A stretch of DNA of 64,000 nt from Seison nebaliae. Its lineage: Eukaryota. Numbering within the stretch: the first letter of the stretch is position 1; every line of letters begins with the position of its first letter. The notes under the pieces are model-generated. The model was not told the origin of the DNA. It did no database searches and was given only the letters and a program-made list of their open reading frames with translations. Positions 51,678-63,108 of the stretch are shown piece after piece. The DNA lies in NCBI GenBank assembly GCA_023231475.1, contig JALJEE010001840.1, forward strand, positions 1 through 64,000, written 5' to 3'. Both the position numbers and the translations under genes were made by a program.

Positions 51678-53031
51678 TCAATTTGGACAAGCTTTAATGA
51701 ATTGATCGAGGGAATCGCGGTTGATAGGTAGAGTGGAGATGGAATCGTATGTTGAGATGAAATTTTTAAAATCAGTTAGAGAAATGTTCCGAGATAACCC
51801 ATAGTATCTGACAGTGTATGTGAAAACAGAATGGGTGTGAAAAGGATGGATAACGGAAGGATGACTAGAGAGTGAGTCAGAATTGTTAAATTTATCATAG
51901 AGTGAAAAAATACGACGATATAGAAGAATCGGAAGTGGTAGGAAATTCATAATAGCGAAAAGAAGTGAGCGGATTATAAGCTCGGTCCAAAGACAGAAAA
52001 AAATGATGAGAGCATAGAAAGATCTCCAGAGAGTACAGTGGTAGCACTAGACTCCTGAATAGTGAAAGGCGGATGAGGAAAAGGACCGCATATCGATCAG
52101 CGAGCCAAGGAAGCGAGAGGAATGTTAGAGAACGAACGATTACCAGTTGAGAGCAACCAGGATATCGATTCGTTAATAGCAATCCCTCTTGGAAATAGGC
52201 AGGTGGTCGGAAAGAGATGAAAGGAAAGAATCTACGATATTTTCACAAGCGACAGCAGAGGAACATAGGTTGTCTCTAATTATGAAATGATCTATTCATG
52301 AGCTACTCATGTGTGATGTAAAAGTGATGGAATTTTCCTCGTACATTTGGTAGTCGATGAATTGGGAAGATGTGGAAGAGAGGAAAACGAAAAGACGATT
52401 GGAATCTTTTTGATATAACAGTTGAAGTCGTCAATTATAAAATCGGTCAATTGATACTTACCACCGGAAGGTCGACCAGAGCCATTATCAGAATCGAGGG
52501 GAGAAGCAGAGGTGTTGAAGCATACATGGTCGGCCATTTCAAGCCAAGATGGTTTCGAGTCAACGAGCCATGTCACTTAACAGAAGATGATGTCAAAACC
52601 AGAGAAAAAGGAAATAGAGTATCGGAGTTTGGTAGAACCATGCGTATTGAGAGAGAGCGGATATCGGTGGAAACGTCCAAAGATGAAGATCCTTTTGTGG
52701 TAGGAGAGGAATTATGCCATAAAGAGGTGACAGGATCGGAGATTAAAGTATCAGTTAAAGAGGAGTTTCTTTGGTGCGACCGCTGAAGGAGCACCTTTCT
52801 TGATAGTGATAGATTGATTGATAAATTCAATGCACCAATCGCGGAGGAAATCATTGGTGGTTGAGGAGAAGTAGAACGGACGCACGAACGTATTCTGTGG
52901 CCAAATGTATTCTGCGGCCATTTATCTACGGTGCAGCGGATGATAAAGGAGCAGGGAGTAGTTGGAGCTATGTATAGCAAATATGTAGAGAATGTAAAGA
53001 TATACGAAGAAGGCAATAACGAACTTTCCAA
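51678..53031 (-). mobile_element. Decayed, internally deleted non-LTR retrotransposon (APE-endonuclease LINE, CR1/L2-like)
   Basis: On the minus strand, across frames: WPQNTFVRPF (ORF1-end-like, ~52870-52903), FDIIFC*VTWL (~52565-52600), GRPSGG, IIDDFN (~52421-52438), IDHF and LSDHLPI (~52193-52211), then post-RT-like SLFRSLVLP. Contains stops and frameshifts; GC is higher than the flanks. Confidence 0.8.
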
Positions 53032-53119
53032 TCTTTGATCAAAAAAAGTTAAACAGCCCTAACGAACAATAAGAACAGAAAATTGTGAAAAGAAATGAAA
53101 AACTCTTATATTGTTACTT

Positions 53120-54194
53120 CCGTCATCTGGGGGAAAGTGGGAATCGGGGGCAAAATGAGAAACGGAAAATCTCAAGTTGAAAATAGTGATTGTTTATATA
53201 TGTTAACAGTTTTTAACGGCAACTTGAATGATGATTTGCAAATATTTGAAGTATCTATATAAATCTTAAAAAGTTGTTTTATCATCACAATCACCAAAAA
53301 ATGGGCTATTTTTTTCTAGTATATGAACCGAATTATGAAATGTGTGAGAGTCTTTATTCTCCAATCAAATTTTTCTGTTTTTATTATTCTCTACGTCTTC
53401 CTGAATCGTATCCGGATGCTGTTCAGTTAATATCAAACTTCTCTATTGATTCTTTATATTCCTGAGACTCTGAAGAACGAATTAACTTCAGGAAAGAATC
53501 TTATCATCATCCTGTAAACATTTGAACGTCTTGAGAACGTTTTTTTGATGTATATAAACGTTAAAAGAACGTTCAAATGCCAACAGGGCAATAACTCTTC
53601 GAAAGAGTTATCATATTTTCTATTTAATTTGCCCCGTGGAGATTTGATATAATAAAAAAAAAAAAAAAAAAGTATAGAACCATTTTAAGAGAAAAGCAAA
53701 AATTTTTCGACAAAAATTTTGGATAAGAATGCACAGTAATTTTCAGTATAAATAATTTTTTTTGCACTACTTTGACGCTGATATATATTTAAATTTTCTT
53801 GCCGCTTTTCATATATGAAAATTCCCTAAAATAAATATCCGACGAGAACTGAATATTGTTCTTTAATTGCGAATTCAGTAAAATAGTTTCTTTCAGACAT
53901 GAAGAAAAAGAATCACCAAAGAACCGGGAAAGGCGGTTACTCTGCTTGATTTCAATTAGGACGATGAATAACATTTAATTTTTGACAGTTCCATGATTTT
54001 ATTTGTGGTAAAAAAAATTTCGCACATTACCCCATTGATTACTTTAACAGTATCTCGACTAATATAATTATATTAGTCTTAAGACTAATAATTATGAAAA
54101 GCGGGCCGCTTTAAGCGGCAAGGAAGCTTAACAAAAAATTGTTAAAGTTAACATATGAAGTATCGCCATTTTTCCATTTTGCCCCAGATCACGG
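53120..54194. mobile_element. Non-autonomous DNA transposon (MITE), pogo/Tc1-mariner-like ends
   Basis: Left end ccgtcatctgggggaaagtggga matches the reverse complement of the right end (ccgtgatctggggcaaaatggaa) at 19 of 23 positions; TA follows the right end (54195-54196); no transposase ORF inside. Confidence 0.7.
53511..53587. repeat. Small foldback element nested in the MITE
   Basis: cctgtaaacatttgaacgt ... acgttcaaatgccaacagg imperfect terminal inverted repeats with internal aacgtt repeats. Confidence 0.65.
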
Positions 54195-54909
54195 TATTGC
54201 AGTTTAAGAAGATCCGATGATGAAAACGAGTTCGATTCTTAGAATATAAAATATAAAATATCTGAATACTAAGAAACTACATGCAAGAAAACAGATAAAA
54301 ACTTCCCTCCTCAAATAGGTAAGGTAACAATTTTGAAATACCCAAGAGTTATCTAAACAATTCGCTAAATACGACGTTATTACTCTCATGCAATTCTGTA
54401 ATGTATGTCATGTAGAAACTTGTAGGAAACAGTAACAGGTCATAAAGGGTTGTAATTTGACTTTAATATAATATAACAATTCTCCTGGTCATCAAAACAA
54501 CAACTGTGAAAGCATGTTTTCTTATCTATTAATGGAAGTTAATTCTGAGAATATGGAATAGAACCATCATGGAAGTTTTATAACAAATTATTCAGTATAT
54601 TTGGAATAAGGAAATGATGCAATTTATATGTGACTTTTATGAAGAATTATTATTAAATTATGTTTATATGATATATTGGCTAATGGTTAATATAGGTTCT
54701 TTGCAGTAACTGTCCACAGAAGATTTGGACAGACAATTGGCGGAATGTTGAGAATCAAAATAGAATTTCTTTATTAAAACAGTCAATAAATAAATGTAGA
54801 CAAAATTTCACATAGCTCGCTGAAAAAAAAAGTTGAAAAAGTTCGAAAAATAATTCTGAAAGATCCATCTTATTTAAACCATTGAATAATTAAAGGAATA
54901 AAGATACGA

Positions 54910-55449
54910 TTACATATTCTCTCGTAACATCTTACTCATGTTATGTGCCCAGCAATCGAATGAATTCTTTTCCCTTAGAAGTTTGTCAATGTTTCTATAA
55001 GAAGTTAAGCATGCATTGGCACAATTAACATCTGATTCGTCCACCTGAAACATTAAAAGGAAATACGAAAAAGAAAAGTTGAGAATGAGAAAAACCACAT
55101 ATTCCATGCACACTGAGCAAGCGATGATGCATTCGTTTTGTACTATTTGTTCAGCATCAGATATCTCCGGATGATTGTGTTGAGCATAACGGATGATTGC
55201 GTTGGCCAATTGTTGACCATTGATTTCATCAAAAATGTTTTCAGTATTTTTCATGAGATTGTTCTTCGATGGTTCCTTGATATAAGAGAGTAACTTGAAT
55301 CGACGATCGGCACTAATCGGGAGATTGCCATTCCTTTTGTATGGTGTATAGATTGAGTTACCTAGAATGGACATTTTTTTTTGTGATGGTTTCATCTCTG
55401 TTGCAGAGAATGTGAAACAGATCACCACGAAACAGATAAATAATTTCAT
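54910..55449 (-). CDS. Secreted neuropeptide-like precursor with dibasic sites and a six-cysteine (eclosion-hormone/pro-opioid-like) C-terminal domain; 2 exons
   Basis: Signal peptide MKLFICFVVICFTFSA from ATG 55449; KK, KR and RR sites; removing the in-frame intron 55045-55098 (or -55095) gives CIIACSVCMEYVDESDVNCANAC...FDC. Confidence 0.7.
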   Translation of the reverse strand: MKLFICFVVICFTFSATEMKPSQKKMSILGNSIYTPYKRNGNLPISADRRFKLLSYIKEPSKNNLMKNTENIFDEINGQQLANAIIRYAQHNHPEISDAEQIVQNECIIACSVCMEYVVFLILNFSFSYFLLMFQVDESDVNCANACLTSYRNIDKLLREKNSFDCWAHNMSKMLRENM

Positions 55450-56047
55450 CTCACTCTTTTGAACAGACGAACACACTTTTATCGAAAATAAGAGAAAATG
55501 AAAATCGAATAATATTGAAAATAAAAGATGTCCGAATTAAGAACGGAGAAAAATAAGGAGGTAATCATTATCAGGTCGAATGTAATTGCGACAGAACTAT
55601 ATAGTGATTCGTTCCTCCCCCCCTTTTCCACTATTGCCAGATAAATAAAAAAAGATAGTTTTATGGGTTGAACTTATCAGTTATGAAGAGTCGCAAAGAA
55701 GAAAATATTGACGAGTGGAAAAGTTGAAAATTCGATCAGCTTAATCTAACTTGCACAAAAATAGAATGGCTGCTAATGATCATAGAATTAGTGAATACAA
55801 TGTTTATTAGAAATGGAATATGAAATAAGAAATCATTAGGTTTTATTAATTTATGAATAAAATTTTGTCTCACTGCTTAAGTGACGCATGAAAATATGTC
55901 ATACAAGATATATCGTAGGATACCATATATAATTATATGTATATGTGTGTGATTGGCACCATAATTGAGCGTACATTTATGAATATTGCAATGTACAATT
56001 GAAAATACGACGACTTAGTCAAATCGATATCATGATTTCAAAACAAC

Positions 56048-58680
56048 TTACGTAATGTGGACGTAAGTCGACCTACGGAAAATTTGTGCGAGTTGCTTTT
56101 GCTTGTCATCACGTTGGTGGAGACCTACCGTGAAAATGTAAATAATTAATGCATTAAGTAACAATTTAATATTTGAAAGAATTGCTTTCACCGAATGAAC
56201 ACTATATTCGTCATCACGAAATCGAAGAAATGAGAATAATCAAATACGATATAATCGATGCTTAATTACTTAGAAGAAGCAAGAAATGTGTTATCGGAAC
56301 GAAAGAAATGAAAAGCGATGATAATATATGAGAATGTTTTGATGGAAAGCAGGAAAAATGATAAAAAATTACCAACAGTTCGTTTATGTTTTCGTGAAAA
56401 GAAGCGACGAAATTGTTTGCGCTTGAAAGGAAAGCAAGATTTCCCACCGGATTTCTCCAATTCCACACTACGATCATCGGTAAGCGAGCAAACGTTTCCA
56501 GTTAAATTGTTCGATTGTTCATTACAATTCTCAATCTTATCACTTTCGACGTCAATTCCTAAATGTTTATTCATATAATTCGTCAATTCATTGCCATTTA
56601 TCAGTTTGAAAGGATTTAGTTTTGTTATATTGCCATCTGCGCTCTCATTTTTATCGATAGGGCTATCTTCACTTATTAATAACTGATTTTCATCTGTACA
56701 TGCATCATACAAGTAACTGGCATGACAACATAACGGTTTGTGAATTAATGAACTACGCACCGAATAATTCTTCTGAATAGATTTGTTTGGTCTGTTTGTC
56801 GACTGATGAAGTGAGGTTATCATGAAATTCGTTCCATTCGTTCTCCTCTCTGTCGATTGGGTTACTTTCAATTTTCTGTAAAAAAGATCATTCTTAATAT
56901 TCGGATTGATTCCATTTGATTCAGACACAATTGGTTTGACGTCAAATCTCATATAGAATCGTCCATCACATTCATTCGAATTAATTGAACTACTACTTCT
57001 GTGACCGTTGTAAGACACATCGTTAATTTCTAATTTATTTTTTCGCGACTCGAATAACGAAGAAGATGATGAGATAACAGAATTCCTTCTTTCGACATCG
57101 TCGTTCCTGGAGAAGCGCAAAATCTCTCTTTCATGCCAACGATTCATCAACATCATATTGTTATTCATAATTTTCATCTTGTTCGAACTCATTAAAGGAC
57201 GATTCGTTTCTTTCCTCATTTCTAATTCGAACGATATTGGATCATTGTTCGAAAATCGATTTGCCCGAGAAAGTGACGTTGATGATCTCTCTGATGATGT
57301 TAGAGATGTTGATGATGAAGATGATGTTAATGGTGATAATAATACTTTGTTTGATTGTTTTATTTTTGTTGATAAAAGTTCATCCATTGCTTCCTCCCGA
57401 TGACATGAATTGGAATAAAATTCGATCATTTCCGGGTTCGATTGTGTATCGGAGGATGAGGATGGTGGCGATACGTTCATTGATGTAGATATTTGAGAAG
57501 ATGGAGACGAAGGAGGTGATGATATTTCACTAATTTTCGAATTAATTGACGACAATGAAGCAAAACTCAAATTCATATTTTGACATATTGATGATGGCAT
57601 ATTAAGAATATTGTTGCTCCCAATCATTTCTTCTTCTCCTTCTAATATATCAAAATGAATATTTGATAAATTAGTTTCTAAGTGAACTAATGATTCATTT
57701 CTTATTTCTTCTTCACAATTCATTTTATTTTCTTCATCATAATCACAGGAAAATTTCATGCGAATTATTGAAGATTCGTCGTTTGGTGATGCCGATGTTG
57801 CCGCCGTTCCGGCAATTACAGAAGAACGATTTTCCGACTTTCTAGCCAATAGTTTATTTTGCTCTTGGACGTTTGTCAATGAAGTATGAGTCAATTGTTC
57901 ATCTGTAATTGTCGAACCACAATTGTTCAAACGAACATTTATTATGTTCATCTCCGAGGCAAATCGCACCATTTTTTCTTGACGGAATTGCGTAATGACT
58001 CCGAGCTCTTTTGTCATTGAGACATTGTTAAGGGACATTTCCCCAACCGAATTTCTACTCGTAATATTCCCTATTGGGAGTACATTAGAATTTATATCTG
58101 TCATTCCACTCATCATCAAGATATTCGGACAACTTGCAGATATGTCGGTAATTGATCCGAAATTCTTTTGATAATTTTCAAATTCCCTTTCTTGTCTCAA
58201 CAACTCTGGTGGCAATGACATACAGACGTTACTTACCGTATTGTTGTCATCCTCATCTTCATTGTCTAGATAGTCATTCGGTTCATTCATATTATTCTTC
58301 ATATGAAACGCTCGCTTTTCTCCCTGAGATTGAAGAACGTATTCGTGTCTGCTAAGTGAAGAAGTCGTATCCATCGAAGATTGCAAAGACGAAGGACCAT
58401 ATGGTGAGAACGTATGAGTTGAACGTGACAACAGCGAAGTTCGTCGTCTTTGTGACATCTTGAGTACATCGGTAGGAAGTGTGTTGAAAGAGAACGAGAA
58501 TTTCATATTTGCTAATTTTTCAATATTCATTTTTCGATTTTCTATTAAACTATAAATATTTGCGCTATTCGTTAGGAAATCATTGTAATAATTTTGATTG
58601 GAAAACTCGTTGGAAAAATAGATATCGTCGTTACTATCGTCATAGTATTTCATTCTTTTATTCATTAATTGATTATTCAT
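56048..58680 (-). CDS. Uncharacterised Ser/Asn-rich, probably disordered protein (~800 aa)
   Basis: 804-codon ORF, far longer than chance in AT-rich DNA; probable donor at 56372 joined to a terminal exon 56124-56048 (GLHQRDDKQKQLAQIFRRSTYVHIT*); no recognisable domain. Confidence 0.7.
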
Positions 58681-61032
58681 TTATCATTAAATAATGTTGA
58701 CAAATGATAGGAGTTGATTGGAAATAAAAAAGTTTCACGATTATTCAAATTCTTTTTGAGGTCTACTCATCAAATGTCGAAATATTAATGAAATTTCAAA
58801 GACATTCATATAGAATATTTGAGATTACTATAATTCTTCGATACACTGAATAGATATTTGGTTCGATTGAATAATATTTATAGAAAATAATATTTCTTCC
58901 AAAATAATTTGTTAGAAATGAATATTAAACTGATGGTTTTGATGATGATTGTACTGTTTAATTAAAAGTTTTTTGATTGAACATCGACAAAAGCATCATT
59001 TTCAAGTCGACTCTTTACGTCAAAATATTTGAACGACTAAATGTTGTCAAACTTCAAATTTATTATAAATGAATTTTGTATTTGAACAATGATTATCTGC
59101 AAATAAATGTTGAAAAATTTAATAAGCATACCCTTGGTAAAATTACAATAAACGACATATATAAAACTTAAGACCGACGACTACTGACAGATATGTTGAG
59201 TTGAATAGTTAATACCAAAAAATTCGAAAATTTTCTTTCTTGCTTTATTTCGCTATTTGGAGATAGAAGACCGAAGTAATTTTAGGTCATACTCCTACGT
59301 CGAAGTTACATCTGTTAGTATATCGCATCCACATTTACTTTATTCAACAAGATTATGATGAGAAAATTTTGGATAGTTGTGAAACGAACTACCCAGCACT
59401 TTATTTTAATTAAGTTATGTATCCGAATATGAGACAATGCAACGATAAAATCCCGATGAGAAGAAAACGTTCACCTGAAGAAGAAGTAAGCGGAAGTAAG
59501 TTAAAATTAAAATGGATTTAAAAAGAAATGAGAAAAAGTGTAATTTGATGAATGTAAATGAAGAAGTAATAAATTGTATAAAGAATTTGGTCGATATATT
59601 TTCGTTTATTGAACCATATTCTTTTATGCTAAACCATCATCCTAAACACCGAATTCTATCGCTTAATCCTTTCCTCAATTTATCGTTAATATTCGAGATA
59701 TTATTATAATATAGAATCATAAAATTACCATTAAACCATCTTGTCAAGTCAATATCCATCTAGTTATCTTACTGGGTCTTATTTTAATTCTCCTTTACTT
59801 CCCATCATTTTGATGATATTGAATATCTACATCACAAAATAGAAATTTACGATTAGAATCTTTCGGTAGGTAAGCGCATAAGTATATTTATCCAAAAATG
59901 TTACACTTTAACATATGCAACTCATTTACATTCTCTTACATCATTGTTATGTACAACAGAATTCTAACAGATGAAATTCACAAAAATCTAAAAATTCAAC
60001 TCTGAGTTAAAAATTCTTATCATTCATTATTATCGCATATGATTGTGAAGATGAGAAGTACATAGTGATTTCATAGACGATGTTTTAGAGCGATATAAAA
60101 ACCTATAACAATAAAAGCAAATACTTTATCAATTCATCACCATCACATGTAGCTTTCCTTATTTTGAGATGTATGAAGACGATGGTAAAACTAAGAAAAA
60201 AGACCAAAAATAAACTTTACCAACCTCTAACAAAAATAAATATCTGATGATTATTGTTGTGATTGATTAAATGATCGAATTAATAATTGATTGCAGCTTC
60301 TTCTTCTTCTCCTATTGTGATTGTAGTTGCAAATAGCTTCATAGAGTACAGGATGATTCTTTCTTTTGAATAATAATAAGAATAATTGAAAGAACGTCGT
60401 ACAAACTGAAGCAAAATAATATGAAGAAAAAATTTTACAATTAATTAATTTCTAGGTTATCGATCATACAATACGATTAATTGACTTTATTGTATTGAAA
60501 TGAAAAAATTCTTCGATGTAGTTGTGCGAATTTGGATGGAGGCAGGTATGATTTGAATACTATTATTTTCGTTGGATTTGTATATAAGAGTATTGGTTGT
60601 GGAAAAAAGAATTAGTTGCTAAAAATAGTTATGATAATAAACTCCGGATAATGTGATATTTTTTGGATAATTATTGTATTTTAGTTAGGAATAAATTCTA
60701 AAAATAATTGTGAACTTTAATTAGAAACAAGTCAATTGTTAAATTATATTATTAATTGGTGGTTAATTTTGGTTGGCCGTTAAGCAAAGTAGTTTTGGAT
60801 GAAGAATTGAAGGATCAAAATAAGAAATTGCAACTTCAACTAAAATAATCGAGGGAGAATCTTAACTGTCAGATCTCATGTGGATGAAAGGAAATGTCAC
60901 AACTGATTCCTGTTAATGAATTTCACGCAAAGTCTATGTGTCATAACCCCGTCGTTAAATTCTCGTTGAGGATTTAACGTAAATCCTTATTAAATTAAAT
61001 ATGAATCAAATTGTTAACTTATTACCACATAG

Positions 61033-61300
61033 ACAATGAATATTTCCGAGAAAAATCTGAAGAATATATAAAACAATTTAAAACGATAAGAGGAAGTGAG
61101 AATGAGGAGAGCGTAAAATTAGAAGAGTTGTTATCAATTGCGGAAGAAGTTATTGTTTTCTTTTCGAAAGTTTTCTATTTGTTCTCCTTTTTACATAACG
61201 GCTATAGATGTATGTGATCATTGGAAACAAGAGCAGACAAGACAAACTTCCCCGAACACATTAACCATCAAGTATGGCAATCATTGTTAATGGTTCGATA
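61033..61300 (+). other. Possible two-exon coding remnant or 3' end of a small gene
   Basis: NEYFREKSEEY...LSIAEE|MYVIIGNKSRQDKLPEH...* joins across a GTT...AG intron (~61149-61208); no convincing start exon found. Confidence 0.3.
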
Positions 61301-62139
61301 GTCGTACTGCCATGCAGATGCTCGACAATTCGAAAACATTTTAAACATTATTCGTTTTAATGAATTCAACTCCACAAATGAACAATTTCCATTTTCAGAT
61401 TTAAGGGTTAATGGAATACTTAGAATAATGATAACGGTTTCTCTGTCGATTTCGGTTTGTTTCTCTACTCATATTCCAACATATCATCTGCTTTACTTAT
61501 TTGACGGCGATGAATAAAACTGTAAGTGAAACAAGATATATTTAGACTAAACAGAAGGAGAAAAATGTATATCAATCATGAGATATGTTTAATAAATTAT
61601 AGAGAGTTGAAGAACGGACATAATTCTGAATTGATAAGTGAACATATTTCGAAAGTTTAATATTCTGTTTTTTCACTTTTTAGATGGAACGATTTCTGAC
61701 AAACAGATATCGGGTGTAAATAAGTTGAATTTGGGTTGAATTAAGACATGTCTAAGAAAATATTGAATTTACCACGAAAATATCGATATTATTGTATGAG
61801 AGTTTCCCCAAAAACCGATTATCAAAGAATTATGAAATTTTTCATAAAGGAAAAAAATTAATATGAATTTAACACAAATTATTTCATTAAGAGCAACAGT
61901 TTATTCAGTGAATAATTAACATCAAATATGAAATACTTTTAAAAATGAGTGATGTAAGATCTACAATGTAGATAAATAAATATTACGGATAAAATTCATA
62001 AAAATTAATTGTTTCATTCAGTCTCCATTTTTGTGAAGAGTCATTTATCGGTATTTTTGTTAGTCAAGTTGATTGACTTAAAATAGTAAGAAATTAATAG
62101 GAAATAATTGTGAAGTGAAAGATGATCACTACGGGTACA

Positions 62140-63108
62140 TCAAATGTCCGCTAATATCGAATTGGTGAATAGTGGCCGTTTTAAGTCATCAATTATTTCC
62201 TCATCAAGTTCACTTGTATCTTCGCCGCTTTGGATTTCATCAAAATCGTCTAATGAAAAGAAGGAAGTATTGCTTGCTGTTGCGGTAAAGAATTCTGTAG
62301 ATGATTCACTATCACAACTTAATTCTACACATTGATCACATCTACCATGGTCACTACTTGTCAAACTTATTTGTTCACTGCCACACGACAATGACATAAG
62401 TAAAAGAGATGTTGTTGATATTGATGACAACGATTGTTCACGAATTTTGCACATTTTTTCGAAATTTTCATTAATTTCTTTAATTGAAGCATCTTCGTCG
62501 AATATTAGAGAATTGTTTATTTCGTTATCTTCTTCTATTATGATTGAATGAGTTGGAGAAATATTGTTCAATTCAATTCCGTTATCAAAATACTCTTCAT
62601 CATCTTCGATATCTCCTAGCAATAAATCTATGTTCCGTTCTTTTGGTAAGTTTAATATTAAATTATCTTTTGATAATTCACTGAGATAACATGATTCTGA
62701 TATGTTATTCTTTTTATTTATATCTTCTCTTTTTATATCATTGTCATTGTTAACAACAGTTGGAATTTCAATTATCTCATTATTGTTAGTGGAAACTTCA
62801 TTGACTTGACATTGATCGATTGAGTCGACAAATAATCCCAATTGATTTGCCACATTGATTTTGACCAAATTTTGTAGAGGTTGAATACTATATCTCGTTT
62901 TAGAGTATTCATCTTTTTGTACATATTGCTCCATTTCTACTGAAGAACAATCAGAGTATCGATTTTCTAGAAACATACGAAAGGGAGCAACAGCTAATTT
63001 TGAAGAAACTAATTTCATATTAGAGAGACGCAATAGTTCTTCATCTTTTTGATCAGAAGTCCATTTGAAATCGTCACTTCTCTTCTTGTAAAGTCTGGCT
63101 GAGACCAT
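62140..63108 (-). CDS. Uncharacterised acidic, Ser-rich protein (322 aa)
   Basis: Uninterrupted ATG-initiated ORF with a D/E/S-rich C-terminal half; no recognisable domain. Confidence 0.7.
   Translation of the reverse strand: MVSARLYKKRSDDFKWTSDQKDEELLRLSNMKLVSSKLAVAPFRMFLENRYSDCSSVEMEQYVQKDEYSKTRYSIQPLQNLVKINVANQLGLFVDSIDQCQVNEVSTNNNEIIEIPTVVNNDNDIKREDINKKNNISESCYLSELSKDNLILNLPKERNIDLLLGDIEDDEEYFDNGIELNNISPTHSIIIEEDNEINNSLIFDEDASIKEINENFEKMCKIREQSLSSISTTSLLLMSLSCGSEQISLTSSDHGRCDQCVELSCDSESSTEFFTATASNTSFFSLDDFDEIQSGEDTSELDEEIIDDLKRPLFTNSILADI

Noticed and set aside
52370..52786. 138-aa + strand ORF
   Set aside because: Antisense to the LINE endonuclease relic, whose motifs are on the minus strand.
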